From positions 5,146,097 through 5,210,000 of the forward strand of contig CM052845.1 of NCBI GenBank assembly GCA_028534125.1: a stretch of DNA of 63,904 bases, read 5' to 3'. The notes beneath the pieces were generated by a model. The model saw only the letters and a program-made list of their open reading frames with translations, was not told the DNA's origin and did not search any database. The DNA comes from Lama glama. Lineage: Eukaryota. This document shows positions 1-12,457 of the stretch, one piece after another (position 1 is the first letter of the stretch; the number at the start of each line of letters is the position of its first letter). A program made the position numbers and the translations under genes.

Positions 1-979
1 CCCTCCTCTTTTCTCTTCCCTCTTTCTTTCACTATTTTCCCCTTCCCCTCCTTATTTTTTGGGGGTAATGGCATTATATTCTAACCTAAATGACTCTGTG
101 AAGAAACCATTGTGATTTTACTGCAGAAAAGAGCACAATCTTCAGCTAAAGGTGCATTAACCCTTCTAGGCCATTAAGGTACCATTTGATAAATTGCCCC
201 TTTTATTACACTGCGTGACACTGGTAGCCTGAAAGAATTAATGCGTTTCCCAAATGGCAGCAATTTACTCCCCTCTCACTAGCACGAGGAGCACCTTTGT
301 CACTTCAGAGAGCCTCTCCTCCTCAGTGGTTCCCGATGCCTGTTACACAGTTAATTAATACCAGATCTCCTCAAAGGGAGAGCTATACACAATCAATTTG
401 ATTCTTCCAATAAAAATTTCTAACACTCAAAGCAACAGACCAAATTCAAATCCATGACTGACCACTGAACAGAAATAGGGACAGGGTTAAAACGTTCATT
501 GATATCCATCACTATCCAGCAAGGAGAGCCTGGAGCAGTAGACAGGGACAAAGCTTGTTCAGGGTGACCAAAGCACCTGGCCCAGCCTGACTGTTCATGA
601 TCTTCTAACCTAAACACCAGCTCACCCAGAGTCCACTGCCTGGATCCACAGGATAGGCCTCTACAGTATCAATCACGTGCCGGAATGTTACAAGAAACAG
701 AGGTAGACTCAAAGAAACAGATACAGGGTATTTGTTGTATCTTCAGAAAGATCTTGATTTTAGAGTGAACAGTTAATATGTTTGCTATCACAGCATTAAA
801 TGTTCTTCTGAGTCTAAGAATCTGTTACCAGTGAAAAGGGAAGAACCCAGTATCACTGAGACAGAGCTCAAGCAAATTCCATGGACTTCAGAGACCCTGT
901 CATCTTTGTAATTAAAAAAAAAAAAGACAGACAAAAGAAAATAATAAAATATAGCATGTAGTTTGCACAGGACTTCTTA

Positions 980-1165
980 TATGTAAAGTCACTTTACTGC
1001 CTTCATGCAAATCCTGGAATGCAGTTAGTAATATACAAAAGCTACAGATGATAATGTGGAGGCTGAGAAAAAGAAAACGACTAGCTCAGAGCCACGCAGG
1101 CTGGACGTGGCAAGTGGCACCGGAACTCAGGCCTTCTAGATGCCTGGGCTGTCCTCACTGTACCG
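980..1165 (-). mobile_element. MIR SINE fragment
   Basis: Degenerate MIR core (acagatga...gaggctgaga...ctagctcagagccacgcag...ggaactcagg). Ends approximate. Confidence 0.6.
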
Positions 1166-1850
1166 TGTCATCTCATTTCTGATAATTCTTCGTTTCTCGT
1201 GCAATGCCAACAACCAAATCTGTACTGCTTTCCTGACAAGGTAAGTCTGTCACCAGCTCACTTCAGGATTGGCAGATTCTTACCTCGCAAGGAAGGGAAA
1301 GAAAACAAAGGGAGGCAGAAGATTCCATTGTGCATGAGGCATGCAAACATGGTCTGTGGCCAATATCATGACACTGCTGTTAAGTAGCATTGCTGTCACC
1401 TGCTCTGGCCAAAGCGCAACATGGGACTTCAATTCAGCAGTTGTCTTTATTCTTGAATATACACACTATTTTCATGTTTTATTTATTATTTTAATCAACT
1501 TTCTTTCCACCCCTTTTCTTGTAAGTGAAAGAGCTATGTTTATGTCCCAGAAAAAAAAAAATCCAGAGTTGCTCCCAGAGTAACTATTATCACAAACTCT
1601 CGGGTGACCTTCAGCTGGAAAATCTCTCTCTACTAATTAACCATCAGTTCCCAAGCCAGAATCATGGAAATTATCTTCAACTCCTTCATCTTTTTCACCC
1701 CACATTAACACTAACACACACACACACCACACACACAGACAATCTTGCCGATTTCTTCCCCAAGTGTCTCTCTAAATTCCCTACTGACAGCAATGTGGAG
1801 ATCAGAGAAAGGACTTAAAACATTCACATTTAGACAAGAGCACTCAAAAG

Positions 1851-1945
1851 TAGAGTGACTATAATTTTATTGTCCAAATTGAAACACGTTTGTGTGTGAA
1901 AAGGGGGACCATTAATAACTGTGCTAGGCAAAACAAGGCGTTTTT
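1851..1945. mobile_element. MER94-like hAT MITE fragment
   Basis: agagtgactataattttattgtccaaa...aaagggggaccattaataa resembles MER94. Confidence 0.5.
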
Positions 1946-4900
1946 TCCCCTGCGCTCAGAAGGATGCTGGTATGATGAAGACTTGAACGTGCAACAGGGG
2001 CAGTGGAGATCAGGCAGAAGATAATATATTTGAAGTGTAAATATGACTGGGTCTCCTGAATCTAAAGCCTCATCAATCCCTTACCCACCAGGTACACTGC
2101 AGTTTCCCCGAGACAGTAAACAATACATGGTCTAGTCTTTGTTTTTAGCCTCATTCCTTATTACTCTTTCTTTCACATTTTCTTCTGATTTGCTTAGTTC
2201 GAAAATATGTGATGTGATTTACACCTTTGTGCCTTTGCACATTCTATTTCCTTTGAGTGGAATGTCTTTTTACTGTCTTTCAGTTTTTAAGTCAGTTGTC
2301 ACTTCCTCTCTGAAACCTCCCCTGAGCCTTTACATAGTAGGGTTCATCCCTCCACTCCTGGCTAACATTTGTCTATCTTTCTCACCACATACATCACACT
2401 GCAGTAGCATTTGTTTGAGTAACTGAGTTTGCTTTTGGGATTTCATCCATGATGGTATTAAGTTATTCCCATTTTCCTAGTAGCAATGATTGTGCTTAGT
2501 GGAACTGTCCATGGTAGCAGGGTCTCTTGAAGACATTTCATTTTGATTCTGTGACTTTTCAGTAACATCTAGTTATTCAAATAGTTTGTTTTCAGGACTG
2601 ATTTTTGTTCATTTAAAAATCTAAATCTTACATCTGATTCAGAATCTTACCCCCACCCCATGCACACGGATGCATCTGTGTGCACACATTCATGCATATG
2701 TGCATGAACACACACAAGCTTCCAGATGCTGGATCTGGAGCAGACAACCTGCCCCTCTCACACGCCCTCTCTTCCCTGAGTTTGTGGCATCGGGATAGAA
2801 AGTGAAAAAGAAAACACCGTCTCCTTACTTAACTACTTGTGGCAAGGGGATGGTACTTTTTCTTGGATGGCTTCAAGGTTTCTTAGGATAGTCCTGAATG
2901 GATGCAGTATATATAGGGGATGACCCCACAAGGCCTCACTGACAGGGTGCACTGGATTGCAAACAGCTGTCCCTAAGCATCTGTTATTCCTTGTGGGCTT
3001 CAGGTACACCTGCTCCCAGCTGGCAGCATCTTGACCTGCTCTCTGAGCCACTGTACCTGACACTGAAGTGGCCCCTGGCAAACTTGTTTTCAATCTGTGG
3101 CTCCCAACTTCTGGCCAAGGTTCATCTTCTCTACCTCTTGGGAATATGGGGACCTGGAAATTATGGAAGACCTTTGTTGCCCCTTTCTCCTTGGAAAGCA
3201 TGTCCTCTCTTCTCAAAGCTTTGTATTCTGTGTTCCCTGGTAGCATTGAACAAGTCAGTGAACACTGAGAAAGACAGGTATCAATATCCACTTCCTGCAG
3301 ATGACCCACATTTTATAACTCTCTTGGGGCCACTTGCTTTGGCTTTGGCGAGCACAGGGACGGCCGTTTTTGATGCCTTTGCTCCTCCAAAGTGGGACTT
3401 CTTGTTCTCTCTTCACATCCTAGTCTTATATCAATAGGGATGATGCATGATGTGTGCATGGATGGGGGAGCAGCAGTGCCCGTTCTGATGAAATGATGCT
3501 TCTCAGCAGGTTCTGCAGGGTGGTGGGAAAACTAGCTTTGCTGTTTTAACTGGCAAATCTCTGAAATTAGAATGTTGGGTATTTAGTTCATCTGTCTGTC
3601 CGTCTTTCTCTCTCTTTATCAGTTCTGTCCATTTCAGGAAGATAGAAAAGTCCACTGTGCCCCCAAACACCATCCTGCTACATATACAGAACCTCTTTCC
3701 TCCAACCAACATGTACACCAGAAAAAACCTTACATATATGGGGCCCTATTTTTCTCAGTCTGATACAAAATACATTTGGCAGTTAGTCATTGACTGAACT
3801 TAGCTCATAATATCAATTGTGAACAGTACTCTGAAAGACTTCACAACTCTTGCAGTGAGAAGGTGCAGTGATTTTTTTTTTTTCCTGGAGCTGCTGGGGG
3901 ATTACTTGAGATGAAACCTAGCAGGTTAAGTTCTTCAAGCTGGAGAAGACAAATAGAGATGCAAATCAACCCAGAGGTTTTGGCCAGATTCTCTCCCTGC
4001 AGCGATGTTCTGACCCGTCACCTGGTGTCATGCTAGAGCCAAAGGCAGGGGCTCTTATTTAGAGCTCAAGAGGCAAGATTTCTGTCTGGGACCGCTACAC
4101 TAATTGCAGTAGCCAGATGACAAGGGGTTCTTAGCTTCTGTGAAATCAGAGCGCTTGAAAGCCCCAGGAAAAGTGTATGCAGTTTCATATTTTGCTGTGA
4201 TGAGTGGTTTTAGAATGGCCTCAAATGTCTGCTTTGACATAGAGCAGTTTGCTAGAAATAGGTTCATTTCATTAAAATTCCATTTATACAATAGAATGGC
4301 CATTAGTATCCATGTTTTCTTTCTAGTCTAGTCTTCGAGAAAGGAGGTCCTCCCAAACAGCCTAAGGACGTTTCTGAGAACCTGTATCCTCCATTAGGCA
4401 TGGTATGTGAGCAAGTGTGTGTTTAAGTCTGTTTTTGTATGTGCTGTTCTTGCTACCATGGGGGGAAGCCTCAGGAAGCCACTCCACACAAGCAGCTTAC
4501 ACTGCAGGGCCGAGTTGTGAGCCTGTTACTGGAAAAGAAATTCCGTCTACTCCCTTCCATTTCAGAGCCTCCATTTCTGTCTTCGGATTCTTGTATTTGG
4601 CCTCATTTCTCACTTGGCTAATGTTTCATAACACCGCCATGCGTACTTTCCCAGTCTTTGCCCCAGTGTGCGCCCCCTGGGAAGACCATGCCATCTGATC
4701 AAAAACAGTGGTTGAAATAGCCCATCTGGGTTGAACCCAACTTCTAAAATGTGTCCTTTCTGTAAAGTCTTCAATAAGATTACTAATAGTTCCAATTCTA
4801 GTCTAAGCATTGGTCAGGAATATCCACATGGAAGTGTAATTGGAAAAAGAAATGAATGTTTGCATTGGGTTTCATTTTATTGCTTCTTAGAAGAAAGTTC

Positions 4901-5029
4901 CATAGAATACTGTTCTGGTCCAGTTCTCTGCTCACTAACTAGGGGGTGGGGAGGGTGCAGAGAGCTGGGAGACAGGTACTAGGAAGACAGTACTACATTT
5001 TTTAAATTGGACTGTTATTTTATTCTATT

Positions 5030-5170
5030 TATATACTTACTGAAGTATAGTCAGTTTACAGTGTGTCAGTTTCTGGTGTACAGCTTAATGCTTCAGTCAT
5101 ACATAAGCATACATAGATTCGTTTTCATATTTTTTACCATAAGTTACTACAAGATATTGAGTATAGTTTA
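5030..5170 (-). mobile_element. L1 extreme 3' end fragment
   Basis: tgaagtatagtcagtttacagtgtgtcagtttctggtgtacagc is the reverse complement of the L1 tails at about 14800 and 17800. Confidence 0.85.
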
Positions 5171-5282
5171 TATCATTTTCTTATTGTGGTTATGTGGAGT
5201 AGGTCTCTGAAAGGAGACAACTGATTTTTTATCCTCTTGTTAAACAAACACTTAAAACAAATTTAACCATTTTGAGCTTTAG

Positions 5283-6170
5283 TTTTTTTTTTAATTGAAA
5301 TATAGTTGATTTACAGTGTTTTGTTAATGTCTGGTATACCGCATACTGATTTAGTTATACATACAAATATCCCTTTTCATAGTCTTTTTCATTATAGGCT
5401 ATTACGAGGTACTGAATATAGTTCCCTGGGAGGAGAAACTTCCTCTTTATTTTATATATAGTAGTTAGTATCTGCAAATTTCAACTCCCAGTTTATCCCT
5501 CCACCCCTTCCTTTCCCCTCTGGTCACCGTAAGTTTGTTCTCTGTGTCTGTGAGTCTGTTTCTGTTTCGTAAATAAGTTCATTTGTCTCATTTTTTTTTT
5601 TTAGATTCCGCATATAAGTGATGGTATTTTTCTTTCTCTTTCTGGCTTCACTTAGAATGACATTCTCCAGGTCCATCCATGTTTCTGCAAATGGCATTAT
5701 TTTATTATTTTTATGGCTGAGTAGTATTCCATTGCATAAATATACCACAACGTCTTTATCCAGTCATCTGTCGATGGACATTTAAGCTGTTTCCATGTCT
5801 TGGCTATTGGAAATGGTGCTGCTATTAACACTGGGGTGCATGTATCTTTTCAAATTAAGGTTCCCTCTGAATATATACCCAGGAGTGGGATTGCTGGATC
5901 ATATGGTGAGTCTATTTTTAGCTTTTTGAAGAATCTCCATACTACATTCCATAATGGCTCCACTCCTCCAACAGTGTAGGAAGGTTCCCTTTTCTCCACA
6001 TCCTCCCCAGCATTTATCATTGTGGACTTTTAACGATGGCCATTCTGACTGGTGTGAGGTGATACCTCATTATACATAGTTTTTATCTACACTTCTCTGA
6101 TAATCAGTGATATTGAGCATTTCTCCATGTGCCTATCGGCCATTTGTCTTCACTAGAGAAATGTTTATTT
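5283..6170 (-). mobile_element. 5'-truncated L1 (ORF2 C-terminus plus 3'UTR)
   Basis: Poly-T at 5283 followed by L1 3'UTR. Minus-strand peptide MPFAETWMDLENVILSE is typical of the ORF2p C-terminus. Confidence 0.93.
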
Positions 6171-6657
6171 AACACCTTAATTTAATAAAGTTATCAAAAC
6201 CTGTTTAGAAAGGACAAAAAATGTCCCGCCTCTCAAAAGCTCCTAAAGAAATGTTAAAAGGAAAAGACCCCAAAATCTTTCAAAGTCTGGGGAAGGAGAC
6301 AGGCGTCCTGAGAACGGCTACTGCTGGCTCCCTGCTCTACCAGGCCTGCAGCCAAGGAGGCCACGTTTGGCACTGAGCCAGCTGCTTAAATACCCTTAAT
6401 CCAGGAGAAGCCCAAGGGCTTGTCACCAGCAGATAGTGCTGACAGCCCCAAGTTTATGCCACTGCCTTCCTGTGAGGCTTCACTAGTTCCTGTCCCTGTG
6501 ACATCACAAAGCATCCTCTATTTTGTGAATGGAGCAGTGCATGAACCCTAACTCTTCCTTCTGTCTGCAGAAGGCTTGGGGTAGAGTTGGAAGGAAGCTG
6601 CTTAAGACAATAGTCTAGCATCAGAGTGACCTCAAAATGGAGAAAATGCCTGGATTT

Positions 6658-7083
6658 GATACATGGACCCCATGTTCATAGCAGCACTATTTACAGTAGC
6701 CAAGACATGGAAGCAATCCAAATGTCTATCAACAGATGAATGAAGAAGCAATGGAATATTTACTCAGCCATTTAAAAAGAATGAAATAATGCCATTTGCA
6801 GCAACATGGATGGACTTAAATACTATCATACTAAGTGAAGTCAGTCAGAAAGAGAAAGACATCTTATGTATGAAATCTAAAAAATATTACAAATTTACAA
6901 AACAGAAACAGACTCCAGACCTACAAGACAAACTTATGGTTTAAAGGCAAGTGGGGAGGGATAAATTTGCAGTATGGGATTAATAGATACACACTACTAT
7001 ATACAAAATATATAAGCAACAAGGATTTACTATGTAGCATAGGCAACTATATTTAGTATCTTAAAATAACCTGTAATGAAAAA

Positions 7084-7122
<39 letters not shown>

Positions 7123-7196
7123 ATCACTTTGCTATATATCTGAAACTTAGAAAATATTTTAAATCAACTATACTTCAGTAATACATAAAAATTTTT
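6658..7196 (+). mobile_element. 5'-truncated L1 with 15-bp TSD
   Basis: ORF2 end (atgccatttgcagcaacatggatggac) and 3'UTR. Perfect direct repeat aaaatgcctggattt at 6643-6657 and 7197-7211. Confidence 0.93.
7087..7116. repeat. (TA)n microsatellite within an L1 3'UTR
   Basis: About 15 AT units. Confidence 0.95.
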
Positions 7197-8254
7197 AAAA
7201 TGCCTGGATTTACCCACTCTTAAAGACTCCTCTTTCGTGTGCCACCCCCGATACCATATAGATACTGGAAAATGGATCCTGGAGTTGGAAGTCATTGAAT
7301 CACAGCCCTTTCTATGTCTGATTTCTACTGATCTTTTAGATTCAGCTCAAGCGACCTCTCCTAGAAGCCACCCTCCTCACTACCCACTGTAAATCTACCC
7401 TTAGAATAGATTAAGGGCTTCCTCTACTTTTCCATTGCTTTCTGTGAAATCCTCTGTTGCAGGGTAATTCCATATTGAATTACAAAGTTATTACTGTCTT
7501 CCCCAAATCTGGGCCCCTCTGTGTCATGGTGTTTCCATTGTTATGTATAAGCCCTGTCTCACCAGACTCAAGAATAATATGCCTAATTATGACAAAGTGG
7601 GGACTGTGACACAAATACATTATTAGTCAGAAACTTTTGGTGCCTAATCCTGCTACAACCTAAGACAAAACTACTTACCTTGGTCTTACTTTTCAAATCT
7701 ATAAAAGTAGGATAATTACATTATTTACCATCTAAGATTGATATAAGGATGAAAAGATATACTGTAGGCAGAATAGTTAATCAAATATAAAAGTATCAAT
7801 TGGGTTTTCTTATTTTATCATCTTTGAAACCCTTGTCTCACTGTATACCATGCAGTGCCACTATGTCCCTATAACGTAGGTACCTACTATTATTTTTCAG
7901 ATGAGGATACAGAGTCAAAGAGTTTCATTAACTTAAGTATGAACCCAGGGCTCAGATGCCTAAGCCCGCACCCTCATCCACTGAGTGCAAATGTCTCCTA
8001 AGATTGAGCACTGGAATGAGACCTGTTCCCAGGCTTTCTTCTTTCAACTGTAATGTAACAGCAGCAACTTTACCCCTACAGACTTCTACAAAATGTTCAA
8101 CTTGATCCTGCCTTCCCGCCTTGCCTGATTCTCAGTGCTTTTATGGATCAACCAGAGGATGCTGCTTTATAGGGGCCAAGTGCTGGAATGCAGCATCAGA
8201 GAGCTGTTTCCTTAAGGCCTCCCACGCCAAGGAGCGGTGGCGTCTTTAGTCCTT

Positions 8255-8470
8255 GGGCACTGGAACTGGAGGCAGATATCCTGAAGTCAAATCCCAGCTC
8301 AGCCAGTAAGTCACACACCCTTGAAAAGCAAACTTGCTTCTTGGAATCTTCACCTTTTAGATTTTTTTTCCCCTCATCTCTAAAACTGGTAAAAACCCCT
8401 CTTCTTTTGAATATCACTGGGGAATTTAAATGAGTAAAATGCACGTGAGAGCACTTTACGAGTTATATGA
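8255..8470 (+). mobile_element. MIR SINE
   Basis: gcactggaactggaggcaga...tcaaatcccagctc...ctcatctctaaaa...taaatgag pattern. Confidence 0.65.
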
Positions 8471-11280
8471 AAACAGAGGTAAGTAATTATTACCTTTTGG
8501 TACATATATACATATTGTTAAACGGTTCACTAGAAGGGTTGCAGCCTTGGAAATGTAACAGTTATTAATTTCTTCAGCATTGTAACCAACCAAAGGTCCA
8601 GACTGCTAGAGGAGGTTAGAAAGGATTCATTAGGATAGCTGTTTAAGTCTGAAAGTGTAGATAGAGCAGGGACATTGAGGAAGTGAAGCAACATTTCACT
8701 TTAGTGGGAAGTACAGTGTCCTCTTGGAGGCTTCCCAGGAACCAAAGTAGGATGTCCCAAGAGAGACAGGGCACGTTTAATTCAGACAATAACCAACCTC
8801 ACTTAAAACTTAACAAAATATTAAATATATCCATCTGAGACTATTTGAATACAGGAGGTTGTTTTGAGTCTGTGGTACAGAATTTAGATCAACAATACCA
8901 GTTACAGTTCCCCCAAGTCATCATGGGAAAGGAGCAATAGAAATGTATTGACAGAAAAAAATGCACCAGACTTTAACCACAGCAGGAAGGTGCTGTTGGG
9001 CAGATCCCACTGTCGTTCTCTGGACAGAGAGGTGATGGAGAGCTGGAAAAGCCAATTCTCACACCTGTGATGGGTCTAGAGGCAAAGACAGAAGAACCTC
9101 TCCAGTTCTGGTCCAGCTCTATGAACTCTGAGGAGACAGACCTTATTCTGAGCACAAGCTCAGAATGACAGACAGTGTAAGATGAAAATGGGTTTTCAAG
9201 TGACCTTACAAATAAAAGATGACACCAAGCAGCCCTAGCAGCAGTCTTCTGATTAACCACAGGATTAGAAGCAGGACTCAGATCCAAGCAGCCTCAGAGC
9301 AGGGGAAAAATTCACCTGAGCTTGACAAAAGTAGCTGAAAGGCATTTGCTGTTTTTAGCGTTTCTGTAAGTATAGAGTTTGGACCTAAAAACGGCGTGAG
9401 AATAGCCACAGAAGCCACGTGGGCTGCAGCTCAGTGGCCAGACATTTCCTTGAGAGACAGGAACATCTGGGAAGGGTTCAGTAACATGGAAAGAAATGTG
9501 TGCTTCCTGCAGTTTTATTTCTTACTCAGTTAAATAGAGAGGAACACACACACCTCACTGAGTATTGGATGAACTGTTCTTGCTTCCCTCCACCTTCCTA
9601 GGCAGCAGCGAACCTGCACCTTAGATGTGGATGGATAAACCAAACTGATTAACGTGGAACTTAAAAAACTTAGCAGAGGGTGACTACATGAGGCCAAACC
9701 TGTTTTTCAAAGTCTGCGTGGGCTCTGGTGAATTTTTGTGTATTTCTTCTTTCACAACTGCACGCTTTCCCAAGCGATATTTCCCCCATTTTTGAGCCAT
9801 TTTTCTAAGTCTCTGTATGTTTGATGCCTTAGGACACATTCTAGCTCTGCCCTCCTATGAAGCTTCTAGTAAGAGATAAGCATTGAGGTGAGTTGTGTAT
9901 TAGGTGCCTCTGAAAATGTGAACTAGCCCCTAGCTTAGTTCTCACCTAATGGGGTGGAAGACCCTGGGATGGGTTTGAGAGAAAGAAGCTGAATCTGTAG
10001 GCTCAGTGGACTGAGGACCACACAGGGAGCAGGACACAGTGGGGAGGGTTTGCAGAAGGCCATGAATTTCGGGCAAGGTTGACTGGATTCTGCCTCAAAC
10101 TTGATTTAAGGATGATGAATTTAAGAGCAAATGGGTAACTGAACATAAACTCTATTTGAAACAGGTACAGTTTCTTACACAAATCAACCAAAGAGAAAAA
10201 ACGAGATGACTTATCATCCAGAGACCTTCAATTGTAGGTCTGCTTAATTGAGATTTTGAGTAAGACCTCTGTGTGGCTTGGTTTTCCCCTATTAGCCAAG
10301 TGGAGATGTTGAAACACTACTAGTATGTTTCCAGGTGAAAGAGCCAGGTCTATGGGACGGAGGGAATGTATTATGAGCGCCCGCATTACCCACAAACCCT
10401 CTACGAGCCTCACAGCCAGCCAGCTAGCGGAGCCTTTCTCACCTTTTCCTCAGGTCCTGTGGAGCAGAAAGTTAAAACCATTGGGTACCAACAAATCCTT
10501 TTCCAGAGATAGCTATCAAAATCTGCTCGAACCATCTGTTTCTCTGACTGTTTTTCCTTTCACTGTGGGTTTTTTTTTTTTTGCTAACAACAAAATCTAT
10601 TCTAAAATAACCAAGATGTTATGACTGAAAATGCCAGAGGTATAGATCCAGTTTATGAGAGAAATTGCTTTCTCAAGAGGAGTTCGGTTTATCTCGTGTG
10701 GAGGAAGGCAACATTTCCACAAATACAGTCGCGCTGGGAAAATAACCAACTACTTTCATTAAAAGAGTATGCGACAAGATTTGTATTTGTTCCCGTAATT
10801 GAATTTAATGCTGCTGAAATTTGTCACACCTGAAAGCTACTGAAGTGTAGACTTTTTCTTTGAGAAAAATTGCTTAAGCAATTGTCTCTCGGCCTTCCAG
10901 CAGGTCTGCTGTTGATGGTAAAAGGTCACAGGTCAGTCCTCTCTGCATCGGCATAATGCGTAGCACCAAGGACTGCCTCTGGGACGATCTTTTTTTTCTT
11001 TTGAGAGGAAGGCCGTCAGTGTTTGTGGAGAGGCCTTGACTGACTTGCCAACCACTCTACTGGTTTACATTTGGTGTCTAGATGTTGGTGACCTGGGTTA
11101 GTACCTACAGATGGACAGCCAGAAGTTTTACAATTGGTTTTTCCCTCTGTACAGTCAAGTAGCTCACTCTTTTACCTACACACCTCCATGTTACGTTATC
11201 TTAATAACTTAGTTGTTTTTGTACAAGTTCCCTTTCATATTTAAGATGTCATTAACATGCCATCCTTCTCTATCTCTTAC

Positions 11281-11365
11281 CTGGGTTCACCTTGGTTGAT
11301 GGACATGTAAATCTCCCAAGAATTCTCCTCTGGGATGGCGCCATGGGGGATGAGTAAACTCACTC
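11281..11365 (-). CDS. UNC5D: UNC5D exon 11 (85 nt), ZU5 domain
   Basis: ttttag|GA GTG AGT...GAA CCC AG|gtaaga. Translates [28 protein letters not shown]; phase 1 to 2. Confidence 0.96.
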
Positions 11366-12457
11366 CTAAAACAGAAAAAGCCAAGAGGTTAGTGGTGAAG
11401 CCCCTCGGTTGAGCACCTTACAAATGCTCTCAAAGAGAGAAGGCCTCAGAGCAGTTTATATATAATATTTGCCAGGCTTGGGAGTTCATAAAGTCCAAAA
11501 TGATGCCAAAGAACACACTGTTTCCTAAAGTGACATAAAGAAGGGCGTATTATTCAATTGTGTACTCAAATGAGATTTTTACTTAAAGTCTTCCCAGCAT
11601 TTTTAAATTCTCTTGTAAGATGGGGTGTCTGAGACCAGGCACTATCAAACATACCTGGGCACATAAGCATCTCTCAGCCTATCAGTTAGCCGGCTCTAAA
11701 ATTTAAATGTGTGTTTCTCTATTGTGTCTCTATCCATTCACTTCCTGAAAAGGTATCTGGGATAATGGGTGAGCCCTCTAACATGTTGCTGGAGCCTGCT
11801 ATGTAATTACCTTCCAAATGGTGCACCTTGAAGTCAGTTTAGGGAGGTGACCAGAGGAATGGTATATTTTGTCAAGAGAATAGGAGAAGGAAAAAGCACG
11901 AATAAGCTTAGGAACTTATATGTTATTGTATAGCCACTCTTTGGCCCTATATTTGTAAACAGAAGGTAGAAAAGGTTAAGGTTAAAGGTGACTTAACCAT
12001 ATTTCTATCAACGTCAAGTTGCAAAAAAAAAAAACAACGCAGTAACCTTACTTCAGTAAAATCATACAACCAAGGGACGGGAGGGCACAGGAAGTCACCT
12101 GGCACAGCATCTGAGAATTCCCCTCTTTCGTCCTGAATGCTGTGAAGTAAACATTTCACTTTGGCCAAGAGCAGAGTCCAGAGAGGGCAGAGATTCTTTC
12201 ACGAAACTTCTTGTTTGTTTATCAAAAGAAACAAAATAGAGACCCAGTAAGATCTCTGCAAAATACAATCTCGGGGGACCCTCCCTTTCTTTGAATAATA
12301 CAGGGTTCACTTTTTTTCTCTCCTTTCCTTCTAGCTAACGGAATCACACAAGAAGCTTTCAGGTTGCTGATAATTTAAATCTAGAGCTGGCAGGCTTACT
12401 GGTCCCCTTCTATGTGCCTGTTTGCTGCTACAGAGTCAAAGAAAGAATGAACAAGTG

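Noticed and set aside
2833-3437. Overlapping 158-aa (minus) and 148-aa (plus) ORFs suggesting a processed pseudogene
   Set aside because: No recognisable domain, non-ATG starts and no polyA or TSD. Consistent with chance ORFs in intron.
4195-4330. GTGATGA box C-like motif suggesting a snoRNA
   Set aside because: It is antisense to the host transcript and has no matching D box or terminal stem.
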